Positions 8,782 through 18,400 of a stretch of DNA of 32,000 nt are shown piece by piece. The notes under the pieces were generated by a model. The model saw only the letters and a list, made by a program, of their open reading frames with translations, searched no databases and had not been told where the DNA came from. A program made the position numbers and the translations under genes. The DNA is from Candidatus Jordarchaeales archaeon (GTDB taxonomy: Archaea; Asgardarchaeota; Jordiarchaeia; Jordiarchaeales; Freyrarchaeaceae). The stretch spans positions 674,499 through 706,498 of the forward strand of contig JAWAHN010000001.1 of assembly GCA_038889235.1 (NCBI GenBank), read 5' to 3'. Every line of letters starts with the position of its first letter. Position 1 is the stretch's first letter.

Positions 8782-9222
8782 TTACTCCTTCAACTTTCTG
8801 ACCCGCACGAAAATTATGGTTGCAGCGATGGAGTAGAAGAGAAGCACAAGAAGTAAAAACGTGTAAATGCTTATGAATCTCGTAAAGGTTATTCCAAAGC
8901 CAAGTAAGAAACCCGTAATAACGCGTAACCAATTTTTGCTCTCTCTTCTAAAAACGCTTTGTGTACCCCAGTCAAGTAAAGCAGGCATTAACGAAAAAAT
9001 CACCAAAGCCACTGCTGTCGCTTCGCTTAAGAAAAGCCACTTCCAGAAGCAGTAATAAACCGCAATTCCAAAAATGAAGCCTAACGTCAAACCACTACAC
9101 CTAGCACATAGACGAACTTCGCTAGAAAAAAAGCGTATACGCAAGGTTCTATGAGCATACTCTTCAGAGTGGTGAGAAAGCAGGAATAACAGAATTTTCT
9201 TAATACTTCTCAAGGAAGACAC
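8782..9222 (-). CDS. DUF2085-family membrane protein
   Basis: H...HRTL...LCARCSGLTLGF, PALLDWGTQ, SKNWLRVITGFLLG, and 4-5 TM segments. Confidence 0.8.
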   Translation of the reverse strand: MSSLRSIKKILLFLLSHHSEEYAHRTLRIRFFSSEVRLCARCSGLTLGFIFGIAVYYCFWKWLFLSEATAVALVIFSLMPALLDWGTQSVFRRESKNWLRVITGFLLGFGITFTRFISIYTFLLLVLLFYSIAATIIFVRVRKLKE

Positions 9223-9302
9223 CCTAACAAAAGGATTTTAATTTAAAAAAATAAGATGTGATGTATGCCTGTCTTCTCTGAGACTCTTTTTATGTCAAAA
9301 GT

Positions 9303-9503
9303 TCACCTGACTATCAAGTACACTATTAGCCCTATAATGCCGGTTAACAAGACTATCAACAACCAAAGTTCCCCAGATTTTCCACGAGATTCAGCGTCTC
9401 TGTAAACCCACACGGCGAGAGCGAGCGCTATGATACACCAGGCCACTAATATTATCAACGAAAGACTTATTCCGAGCAATTCGAATTGCAGTGGGAGCAA
9501 CAA
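9303..9503 (-). CDS. Small membrane protein, PLDc N-terminal-domain-like
   Basis: AVWVYRDAESRGKSGELWLLIVLLTGIIGLIVYLIVR pattern. SD GGAGG before the TTG. Confidence 0.75.
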   Translation of the reverse strand: MLLPLQFELLGISLSLIILVAWCIIALALAVWVYRDAESRGKSGELWLLIVLLTGIIGLIVYLIVR

Positions 9504-9678
9504 AGGGCTTCCTCCTTTATCAAGAAGTTTTGTATCTACATTTTTGGTATAACTTAGAAATAAATTTTGTGGATGCTTGCAGGACTTAGCGTTTCAAAAC
9601 AATTTTAAAAGAAAAATTTTATTTCCATTTAAGTGATACTTTAAAGTAAGCTTTTAAAAGGTAGGGAGAGGGAGCAGA

Positions 9679-10257
9679 TTGACAGGGACTAAGATATGTA
9701 GCGTTTTGTTTGAAACACCAGGCCCTGCGAACACGGATGAAACATTGAAAATAGCTAAAGAATTTGCGGATAACAATCAAGTGAAGGATATAGTTATTGC
9801 TTCTACTACAGGGAATACTGCTCTCAAGGCGCTTAGATTGTTTTCTCCGGACAAGTTTAACTTGGTGGTGGTTACTCATAGTTACGGTTTTGTAAAACCA
9901 GGAGAGCAAGAGTTTGATAGTGAAGTTAGAGCGGAGCTTGAAAAGAAAGGTGTTAAGGTTTTGACGTGCGTGCACGCTCTTTCTGGGGTTGAAAGAGCAT
10001 TTAGGAACAAACTTGGCGTCTGGATGCCGATCGACCTAATTGCTAGAACACTTAGATCCATACTGGGCGACGGATTTAAGGTTTGCGTGGAGATTGCTCT
10101 CATGGCTGCCGATGCAGGACTTATTCCAATAGATAGGGACGTAATCGCAATAGGAGGGACAGGGCGGGGGGCGGATACTGCAGTGGTTCTTAGGCCTTCA
10201 AACACGTCCAACTTCTTAGATTTACGTGTCAAGGCCATTCTTTGTAAGCCCATCTGA
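9679..10257 (+). CDS. Pyruvate kinase C-terminal (alpha/beta) domain-like conserved protein (COG1751-type)
   Basis: FETPGPANTDETL, IVIASTTGNTA, HALSGVERA, GFKVCVEIALMAADAG, IGGTGRGADTA. Confidence 0.85.
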   Translation: MTGTKICSVLFETPGPANTDETLKIAKEFADNNQVKDIVIASTTGNTALKALRLFSPDKFNLVVVTHSYGFVKPGEQEFDSEVRAELEKKGVKVLTCVHALSGVERAFRNKLGVWMPIDLIARTLRSILGDGFKVCVEIALMAADAGLIPIDRDVIAIGGTGRGADTAVVLRPSNTSNFLDLRVKAILCKPI

Positions 10258-11073
10258 TAAATACTTTTTTAGCGGTCTTTTGCACGAGGGACACTTATCT
10301 TTTTGTTTAAAGTAATCGTTTAAATGCTTTTCACATGCCTTATTAAAACAAAAGGGACATGTGAAATGCTTAGAGTCTGGCGGCAGTTTATCTCCGCACA
10401 CCATGCATTTTTCTTCTTCAACCTCACTGCGCAATGCCCTTTCTATCCATTCAAACTCTTCTGGTGAGCCGATTTCGTACACGCCGTTCTCTATTAACAT
10501 GTCTCTAACGTAAATTCTGTACTCTTGAGGTGCGTCTTCAGAAACCAAGAGAAGTTTCTTTGCTTCTTCAAGAAGAGAGATCCCATTCAATCTTGACGAA
10601 ACCATTTTCCACACATATCTTAAGATCAATGGATTCCTTACGAGGGAACCATAGAGAAAATTCGCGCACTCGTAGCTTCGCCCCTCGTTAAAATAGTAGT
10701 CTACGGCTTCCTTAAAGAGGCCAACTCTGAGCAGTTGTAGAACCGGGTGACCGACCCCTTCTTTTTCGTATTTGTCTAAGAGTTTTTCGGCCTGCCTCGT
10801 TCTAATGACAGAGTAGAGGGCGCAGGATAACGTGCATAAAAGGAAAAATATGCTTAATGTTGGAAAAACTGTAGGGTATTGTGTTGGGGCCACGTTTAAA
10901 CTAATTAGCAACATATTGTAAGCCAACCACGCGAAAAAAGATTCGTAAGTATTACGAGTGAAGTATAGATAGATATCTATCGCACAATAAGCTGCAATGC
11001 TAAAAGACAACAAGAGGAGAATTGAAAGTCTGCGCTTCAACTTGGACTTAGCGAGTTCCGTCAAAACAATCAC
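10222..11073 (-). CDS. Membrane protein with C-terminal RING-type zinc finger
   Basis: Three N-terminal TM segments. C-terminal C-x2-C-x12-C-x2-C-x4-C-x2-H-x10-C-x2-C (CMVC...CPFC...CEKH...CPSCKRPL). Confidence 0.75.
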   Translation of the reverse strand: MIVLTELAKSKLKRRLSILLLLSFSIAAYCAIDIYLYFTRNTYESFFAWLAYNMLLISLNVAPTQYPTVFPTLSIFFLLCTLSCALYSVIRTRQAEKLLDKYEKEGVGHPVLQLLRVGLFKEAVDYYFNEGRSYECANFLYGSLVRNPLILRYVWKMVSSRLNGISLLEEAKKLLLVSEDAPQEYRIYVRDMLIENGVYEIGSPEEFEWIERALRSEVEEEKCMVCGDKLPPDSKHFTCPFCFNKACEKHLNDYFKQKDKCPSCKRPLKKYLSDGLTKNGLDT

Positions 11074-11204
11074 CGCTAGGGTAACTTACTTTTCGTAGAA
11101 AAATTAATTTTTTGGAAGTTTTAGTATTCTCACTCACCAAACTAATGAGGATTTTTTATTACTTGTAGTAATAATTTTGCAGAAAGATTTATATGAATTA
11201 AGTA

Positions 11205-12779
11205 ATGGAACTTTTAACTAAGACCCAGGGGGCACCTATTGTGAAAGTGAAAACACCGCATGCAGAACTGGAAAAAGTTGACGATAAACCAATAAGAAGC
11301 TACGATGAAATAAACGAGAAAATAAAGCGGGGGGACGTCATAGTAGTTACAGCAGAAGAGATGGTTAAAATAGTTGAGGAAGAGGGAGTAGCTAAGGCTG
11401 CTAAGGAAATAGATGTGGTTACAACGGGAACCTTTGGACCGATGTGCTCGAGTGGGGCATTCTTGAATTTCGGTCATGCGGATCCGCCGATAAAAATGGA
11501 AAGGGTGTGGATTAACGATGTTGAAGCGTATCATGGAGGAGCAGCCGTGGACTGCTATATAGGCGCCACAAAGATGAGCCAAACCAACCCATTTAAGTAT
11601 GGTGGAGGACACGTAATAGAGGATTTAGTGGCAGGTAAGGAGGTAGAAGTTAGGGCTATAGCGTACGGCACTGATTGTTACCCCAGGACGCGTATAGAAA
11701 CCACTGTAACTATAGAAGATCTTAACCAGGCTATTCTTTGTAATCCTAGAAACGCGTATCAAAGGTATAATGCTGCAACGAACGGACGCGATGAAGTAAT
11801 ATACACATATATGGGGAAATTGCTCCCCAATTATGGAAACGTTACTTTTTCTGGGTCAGGTTGCCTTAACCCGCTTTGCAACGATCCCGACTATGAAACT
11901 ATAGGTATTGGTACGCGCATATTTTTGGGGGGTGGAATAGGTTACATTATAGGGGAGGGAACTCAGCATAATCCACGCGAGCAATTTGGGACCTTGATGG
12001 TTAAGGGAGATCTTAAAAAGATGAGTCCTAGGTATTTGAGGGGGGCGGCTTTCACGAAGTATGGTACAACAATGTTTGTCGGGGTCGGTGTTCCCATACC
12101 TATTCTGAATCAACGCTTAGCATTGAAAACGGCTGTAAGTGATGACGAGATAACAACTAAGATCCTCGATTACGGTGTTCCAAGACTTCAGAGACCTGTC
12201 ATCAGAGAGGTGACATACAGCGAGTTGAAATCTGGGAGAGTGGAACTTAATGGTGAAACCGTTAAAGTTTCTCCTCTTTCGAGCATAAGCATGGCGCGTG
12301 AAATAGCTGAAACCCTCAAGAAGTGGATAGAAAACGGGGAATTCTTCCTTTCAGCTCCTGTGGAAAGACTGCCTCGAGATACTGTCTTTAAGCCTATGAA
12401 AATGACTAAGGAAGTAAAGTACGTTAAGTCTTTTATGAGGCCGGCTGTCACGTGTAGAAGCAGTAATTCCATAGAAGATGTGGCAAAGATCATAGTTTCT
12501 AGGAGCGTCAACCACGTAGTAGTTGTAGACGAGGAGGGCAAATTGGAGGGGATAGTGACGTCTTTCGACATAACTAGAGCGGTTGCTGAGAAGAAAACAA
12601 ATCTAGCGGAGATAATAACTAGGAAAGTTATCTCAATAAGTCCCGAGGAACCCATAGAGGTGGCATCTAGGAAAATGAAGGAGCATGACATTTCGGCACT
12701 TCCAGTCATAGATGAGCGGAAGAAGGTGCTTGGCATAATTACTAGTGAAGACTTGTCTAAGCTGATCGGTGGGGAGTGA
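11205..12779 (+). CDS. L-aspartate semialdehyde sulfurtransferase (MJ0100/MA1821 family homocysteine biosynthesis protein) with C-terminal CBS pair
   Basis: VDVVTTGTFGPMCSSGAFLNFGH, YGGGHVIEDL, YGTDCYPR, NPRNAYQRY, IGIGTRIFLGG, plus two CBS repeats. Confidence 0.92.
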   Translation: MELLTKTQGAPIVKVKTPHAELEKVDDKPIRSYDEINEKIKRGDVIVVTAEEMVKIVEEEGVAKAAKEIDVVTTGTFGPMCSSGAFLNFGHADPPIKMERVWINDVEAYHGGAAVDCYIGATKMSQTNPFKYGGGHVIEDLVAGKEVEVRAIAYGTDCYPRTRIETTVTIEDLNQAILCNPRNAYQRYNAATNGRDEVIYTYMGKLLPNYGNVTFSGSGCLNPLCNDPDYETIGIGTRIFLGGGIGYIIGEGTQHNPREQFGTLMVKGDLKKMSPRYLRGAAFTKYGTTMFVGVGVPIPILNQRLALKTAVSDDEITTKILDYGVPRLQRPVIREVTYSELKSGRVELNGETVKVSPLSSISMAREIAETLKKWIENGEFFLSAPVERLPRDTVFKPMKMTKEVKYVKSFMRPAVTCRSSNSIEDVAKIIVSRSVNHVVVVDEEGKLEGIVTSFDITRAVAEKKTNLAEIITRKVISISPEEPIEVASRKMKEHDISALPVIDERKKVLGIITSEDLSKLIGGE

Positions 12780-13173
12780 AAAAGTGAAAATGCGAGTTAG
12801 GTTTAGCACGGACAAGATTAAGGAAGCGGTTACAGCAGATGTAATCCTGGAAACAGGGGTGCGTATAAATATACTCAGCGCTATGCTTAACGAGCGAGGG
12901 GGAGAAGTGCTGCTTGAAGTGCCAGATGATAAGGCGAAAGAAGTGCAGGATGCTTTCAAACGGCATGGTGTGGATGTTGAAGAAGACAGGAAACGCGTGG
13001 AAATTCTTAAGGATCGTTGCGTAAATTGCGGTTCATGTTACTCCCTCTGCCCCGTTGACGCCATACGACTTGACCCGAAAACCTTCGAAATAGACCTAAT
13101 CAAAGAACTGTGCATTGGATGCATGAGGTGCATCGACGCATGTCCGCTTGAAGCAATAGTTAGAGTCAAATAG
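12769..13173 (+). CDS. NIL-domain + 2x[4Fe-4S] ferredoxin, partner subunit of the sulfurtransferase (MJ0099/MA1822 family)
   Basis: NIL-like VRINILSA. Two ferredoxin motifs, CVNCGSCYSLCP and CIGCMRCIDACP. Overlaps the upstream gene. Confidence 0.9.
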   Translation: MGSEKVKMRVRFSTDKIKEAVTADVILETGVRINILSAMLNERGGEVLLEVPDDKAKEVQDAFKRHGVDVEEDRKRVEILKDRCVNCGSCYSLCPVDAIRLDPKTFEIDLIKELCIGCMRCIDACPLEAIVRVK

Positions 13174-13364
13174 CATGTGTACTTTTGGCGAACTACTATT
13201 GTCCTCTTAACTTTAGAGAAGAGGTAAGCTTACGTTTTTATTAAAATGGCAGCCTTTAAGAGATGTATATCAAGTAATTTCTTAGCTAGTTTTAGAAAAT
13301 CCACGACATTAAATACCGGTTTTTCCGTTAAACGAGTTTAGTTGATGGAGGGGATGCTTTTCAG

Positions 13365-14396
13365 ATGGACGTAAGTAGGTACTTGTCTCTAAAAAGGGTT
13401 ACCCTGTTTTTCAATGGAGGAGCCTTAATGGAGTACGAGGGGCAAATTCCAGTTAAGGACGAGGATACATTGTACATGATGGCTGTTGACTTGAACATTG
13501 CTGAACAAGTTTTTTCAACTTTGAATGTAAGCGACCTCGACGGAGGAGCTGTAACTGAAATAGTGTACCAGCTCCCTGCTGAGTTGTCTTGCAGTTATGA
13601 CGTTAAATTTGACAACTTCATGCGGAGCTTACTCCCCAAACTCGTAGGGAGAACCATCAGCTTAGGAGTAAAAAGTGGAGAGAACATTTCAGGGATCCTT
13701 CTGGGCTTTGACGAAACAAAAAATGGCGGCAACGATGAAGTTTTCCTCGATGTTCTCTCATCGGACAAGCTTTACAGAGTCAACATGGCGTCAGTAGAAC
13801 ATATTTCTTTGGGAAAAAACTGCTCTCTTGAGTTAAAAAACCTTGCTAAAGGGGAATTGAAGGCTTACGTCGGTTGGAGAATAGACCCGGGGACTGTAGT
13901 AAAAGAAAAACATTTGGTTAATGTAAAACATTTTCAGTCGCTGGGTGAGAAATGGAGACCCTTTTATCATCTTTATGTTTCAGATGAGATGTGGGTTTTG
14001 ATAGTGTGGTGCGAAATCACAAACCCAACGTCAAAGGATTGGAAAGACGTGTCGATTACACTTACAACCGGAGCAATGCTACTGCTAGGATCTTGTGAAC
14101 TGCGAAGTGATGAAGTTGCCGAGTACAATATCACTGGACCAGTTACTATTCCCAAGTTTTCGAGAGTTCTCATCCCTGTCTCTAAATTTGAAGTTAAAGG
14201 CGAAGTACAGTTGCAAACAGGTGATTCAGAGAAAAATGTGGTGAAGGTGAGTATAATAAACGACAGCGGTAAAGTGTGGCTTCCAGGAAAAATTATAGTG
14301 TGGAGAGAGGGACGGCTCCTTGGAATTGGTGAATTACAGTTTGTCAAGAAAGGCGGAGTTGCGGTGGTTGAGGTAAGCGTGAAGACAAGTAATTGA
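13365..14396 (+). CDS. DUF4139-family protein
   Basis: VTLFFNGGALMEYEG N-terminus and WRPFYHL...CEITNPTSKDWKDVSITLTTG signature. Confidence 0.7.
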   Translation: MDVSRYLSLKRVTLFFNGGALMEYEGQIPVKDEDTLYMMAVDLNIAEQVFSTLNVSDLDGGAVTEIVYQLPAELSCSYDVKFDNFMRSLLPKLVGRTISLGVKSGENISGILLGFDETKNGGNDEVFLDVLSSDKLYRVNMASVEHISLGKNCSLELKNLAKGELKAYVGWRIDPGTVVKEKHLVNVKHFQSLGEKWRPFYHLYVSDEMWVLIVWCEITNPTSKDWKDVSITLTTGAMLLLGSCELRSDEVAEYNITGPVTIPKFSRVLIPVSKFEVKGEVQLQTGDSEKNVVKVSIINDSGKVWLPGKIIVWREGRLLGIGELQFVKKGGVAVVEVSVKTSN

Positions 14397-14530
14397 AAAC
14401 ATTTAAAAAAATAAAAAGAATTTTGTATTTTTAACATTTTAAAAATTAAGAAAAGTTTATTTTTCTACAGATTTTAACATTTCTTGCCCGGTTAACTAGG
14501 ATTGTTTTGCTGTTAATGGAGTGAGCAGTA

Positions 14531-15415
14531 ATGAAAGGTAGGTATGTAAAATACGCAAACAAGGTTTTAGAGGTGTTCTGCAATGGAAAAGACGCATTGA
14601 TATTTGCTCCCCTACTGAAGTTACTTGTGGAGCACATGGAAGAAGTATGTGAAATGTGCATGGAAAACAAAATGGTCTGCACACTGCGGCCTATGTGTCC
14701 TGAAAGAAGATGGCTTAGCTTTCTCATAATGATAGGAGCACAAAAAGAGGATCTTCCAGCTTTTTGTTTCAAAACCAGGATTAATGAAGTTAAAGCGATA
14801 ATAGAGAGGACTAGCCATATTCATTTCAGCGATGCCATACTTCAAATAGACGTTTTTCTCAATATTCTTTCTGGCGGAAGGTCACGCTTAATAGAGCCTT
14901 TCAGAAGCGGTGATCTTGAAAGGTTTATTGAGGGGCTTGAGGCAGAGTTTAAACGCCACACAAAAAACATTTCGTTGCTTGTTAATGATAGATGTATCTT
15001 CATCTTGGTGGACGAAAACCTAGTAATGATGTATTTGGATAAAGGGTTTGTCTTGATAAATCCTGAGGAGAAAGTGTTTGATTCCGCAGAAGAATTAGTT
15101 AATTTAGTGCTTGCTTTTAAAAATCATTATGATGTACCAATTCAAGTGGAGGAAGAATTTGCCGGGTTCCCTCGAATTACGGTAAGAATTCCTCATAAAC
15201 CTTATGTAGAAGATTTAGTGAACAAATTCGTTGAAAAAATGGTTAAAAACGCCGGACACGTAAATTTCTTCCCTGAAAATGATAGCTTAATGTTAGAGGT
15301 AGAATTTGACTTAGTCAATTCCCCTCTTAAGTTTAGGAAGGTTCTTCACGTATTAAACGATATTAAATCACTCTACCAGGAAGTGATTGGTAAAGGCGAG
15401 GGGGGTAAGACTTGA
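14531..15415 (+). CDS. Hypothetical protein with N-terminal Cys cluster (possible metal or Fe-S binding)
   Basis: CEMCMENKMVCTLRPMC (C-x2-C-x6-C-x5-C) plus PAFC. The stop overlaps the next start (TTGA). Confidence 0.65.
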   Translation: MKGRYVKYANKVLEVFCNGKDALIFAPLLKLLVEHMEEVCEMCMENKMVCTLRPMCPERRWLSFLIMIGAQKEDLPAFCFKTRINEVKAIIERTSHIHFSDAILQIDVFLNILSGGRSRLIEPFRSGDLERFIEGLEAEFKRHTKNISLLVNDRCIFILVDENLVMMYLDKGFVLINPEEKVFDSAEELVNLVLAFKNHYDVPIQVEEEFAGFPRITVRIPHKPYVEDLVNKFVEKMVKNAGHVNFFPENDSLMLEVEFDLVNSPLKFRKVLHVLNDIKSLYQEVIGKGEGGKT

Positions 15416-18400
15416 CCGAGAAGGTTGTGTCACTTATTGCTAGTAGGCTTGGACTTAAAGATAATGAAGCCAGGGTCTATGAAATACTTCTTTCTTATAG
15501 GGTTCTTACAGCAGGAGAGATATCGTACTACACGTCTTTTCCAATATCCGAAGTTAATGCAATTCTCCACTCTCTCATAAACAAGGGGTTAGTTATTCGT
15601 ATACCGGGAGTTGTCGAAAAATACATGCTCATTACTCCTTTTAAGGTGTTTTTCGAGACTGCTGGTGAGACTTCGAAAGTTGCTAGAGGAGTAGAGGAGA
15701 GACTGGAGAAGTACTCGGAAGTTATTAAAACAGACTTGGGAAGCTTCATTGAAAGTTTTAAGTCCAAACTAGAAAGTTTTGTGAGCAGAGAAACGCAGAA
15801 TATAAAAAGTAAAGCCGGTGAGACTAGTGCTCTCTTGGAAGCGCTGACTACACAAGAAAAGGCGAAATTGGGTGACGCAGCAAAAGACGTAGATTCTTGC
15901 TTCGAAGTAGAGTTAGAAACACATAGAAAACTTAGTGAAGATTTATTGGCCAACTTTAGAGGTGAAGTAGAAAAGAAAATAGAAGATTCCTTAAAAAAAG
16001 TAGAGGGCTCTGTCAAACAGAGCGCGGTAAAAGCGTTGAGCGCCTTTACATCCACTATGGGTGACTTGAGCGCTCAGTTAGGGAGTTTTGAAAAGAAGAT
16101 ATTAAACGAGATTACCGTGATATCGAAGGAAGTTGACTCGCTTCCGGAAAAAATTGCTGAAAAAATAACTGATGCCAAGAAAGAGTTCGATACTAAAGTA
16201 AGAAACGTTTTAGAGAGTTCCAAAGAGCAAACTTCGAGTGTTGTAAACGCGTTAAAAAATGAGATTAACGAGCATGTGAAGGCTGTGGAAAGGCTTACGT
16301 TTGAAAGCATTAGAAGGGACGCCTTAAAGTTGAGGGAGCATGTTGAAAAAATAGGACGAGAGCTAGAGACGTTTATAAATGATTCGACGTCAAATACCGC
16401 GAAAAGCGTTTCATCCATTTACACGGCGGTTTCAAAACCTCTTCGATCCTTAAAGGTAGAGTATGAAAGAGAGATGCAAAAAATTTTAGAACAGATGGGT
16501 AGACTCACGGATAGCAGCGTTCGCCGTTTTTCTTCGATTATTGATGAAACGAAAACTAAAGTGGCTGAGCAGATTAAGTCATACGTTGAACTCCAAAAGG
16601 ATGTTTTAGACGAATTTAAGTCAAAAATAGATGGACATATATTATCCAGTATTAAAGAGTTCAGTACGGCTTCTTCTTCGATAAAGGAGCGTTTCAAAGA
16701 AGTTGTAATGGAGGAGAAAAGTACTACAAGTAAAGTTTTTGAGTGGACAAGAGAGGTGGTTAAGTCACTTATTCTGGAGCACACTGACGTGGTAAAGAGC
16801 ACTTTAAGGGAGATTGAAAAGAAACTTCACGACGCATTGATCATGGAAAGTGAAAGTGAGGAAAAAGATTACTCCAAATTCAAAGACACATTCTCTTCCA
16901 TGCTGGAAGTTTCTAAGCGAGAAATACTGGAAGTAGCAAAAGTAACGTCTAGAAGCGTGCTCAGAGAGATACATACTCAGACGGATGTAATTATAAGTGA
17001 ACTGAGAAAGTTAAGGGAGAAAGTTTTCGAAAATATTAAGGAAGAATTGAGGAAAATCAAGTGGGAGGCTGAGGAGGCAAGGAGGAGCGTTGAAAGGCTT
17101 CTATCTCAACGTGTCGCATACATGGAGGAACAAGCTGAGCTCATGAGGCAACGATTAGACGAAACAATCAAAAAGAAGCTCGAGGAGATAAACTCCAATT
17201 TTGGAGTTATAAGGGCAGGATTTCTTGAAGTGATGGACGGAATATTGGCTAGGTTTGCCGAAATTGTGGAAGAAACCAAGAACAGTTTTTCGCTATCAAT
17301 TAATTCTCAATTCTCTTTCTTTAAGGAGAGCCTCGAGAAACTTGACCTAGCGCTCACAGAAGAACTGAAACAGCAAGTGGAAGCCGCCAAAGCGGAGGCC
17401 AACGAGTTTCTCTTAAGTTTTTCGAAAGAGTTGGAGGGAAGAATCCTAAAGGTGGAGGAGCTCACGAAGCAAATCATCGATAACATAGAGGGCACATTTA
17501 AAAAGCAGGAGAAGATTAGTAGGAACCTTAGAAACACAGTTTCGTCTTACTTTGTCCAAGAGTTGAGACGATACATAGATGCGTTCTCTAATACTACCCT
17601 ACTGCTTAACGAGCGTTTGACTTCGCTCTTAGATGCGAGAATAAAAACCCTGGAAAGACTTAGAAGCAGGCTCGAAAAGGAAATTTCATCTTTAATTGCT
17701 AGCAAAGAGGAGCTAATAGAGGAGAAAAATGCCAGTTTAAGAGACACAGTGGATGCGCACATTTCGGAGAGATACAAAGAGTATACAGAGTTGCTGGAAA
17801 ACACTATTAGGGAAATTGAAAAGATGCTTTACGAGCATGTAGAGCGATTCAAAGGTCACATGGAGGAGGTTTCAAGGAAGCTGGCAGAAACCGTCAGGGA
17901 AACTCTGGGAAAGATATCTAAGATTTCCGATAGTAGCACAAGGGAGTTGGCGGCTTTGCTGAGCGTTGAACAAGAAACCGTTGTTAACGAAACGAAAAAT
18001 TTGATTGAGGAAGCAAATAAGACATTTGAACAATATGTTAGAGCTCTGAGAAATAGCATTGCAACTTGTCTAGATAATTTAGTGGAAGAAGTGGCGAAAC
18101 AGATAGAGAGCCTGAAAGATAAAAGGGATTATCTTGCGACAGCATTGAAAGGCAGTATGATAGCGAGTATTGAACAATTTGAAACTACACTTAAAGAATT
18201 AGAGAGCGATTTAACTTTAGGCATGGAAGGTGAATTAAAGAAAGTTGATTCATTGACTGCACAGCTAGAAGTAAGGTTGCAATCTTTGCTTGATAAGCTG
18301 AAAAGTGACGGATGGGCATATTCGGATTACTTACTAGAAGAAAGCGCAAATATACTTAAGAGAAGCGCTGAAAGTGTGAGAACTATTCTGGAGTCTGCAA

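Noticed and set aside
9303-9305. TGA ending the short PLDc_N-like ORF as possible recoding or frameshift
   Set aside because: Stand-alone short proteins of this type are common. No SECIS-like hairpin or meaningful downstream domain is visible.
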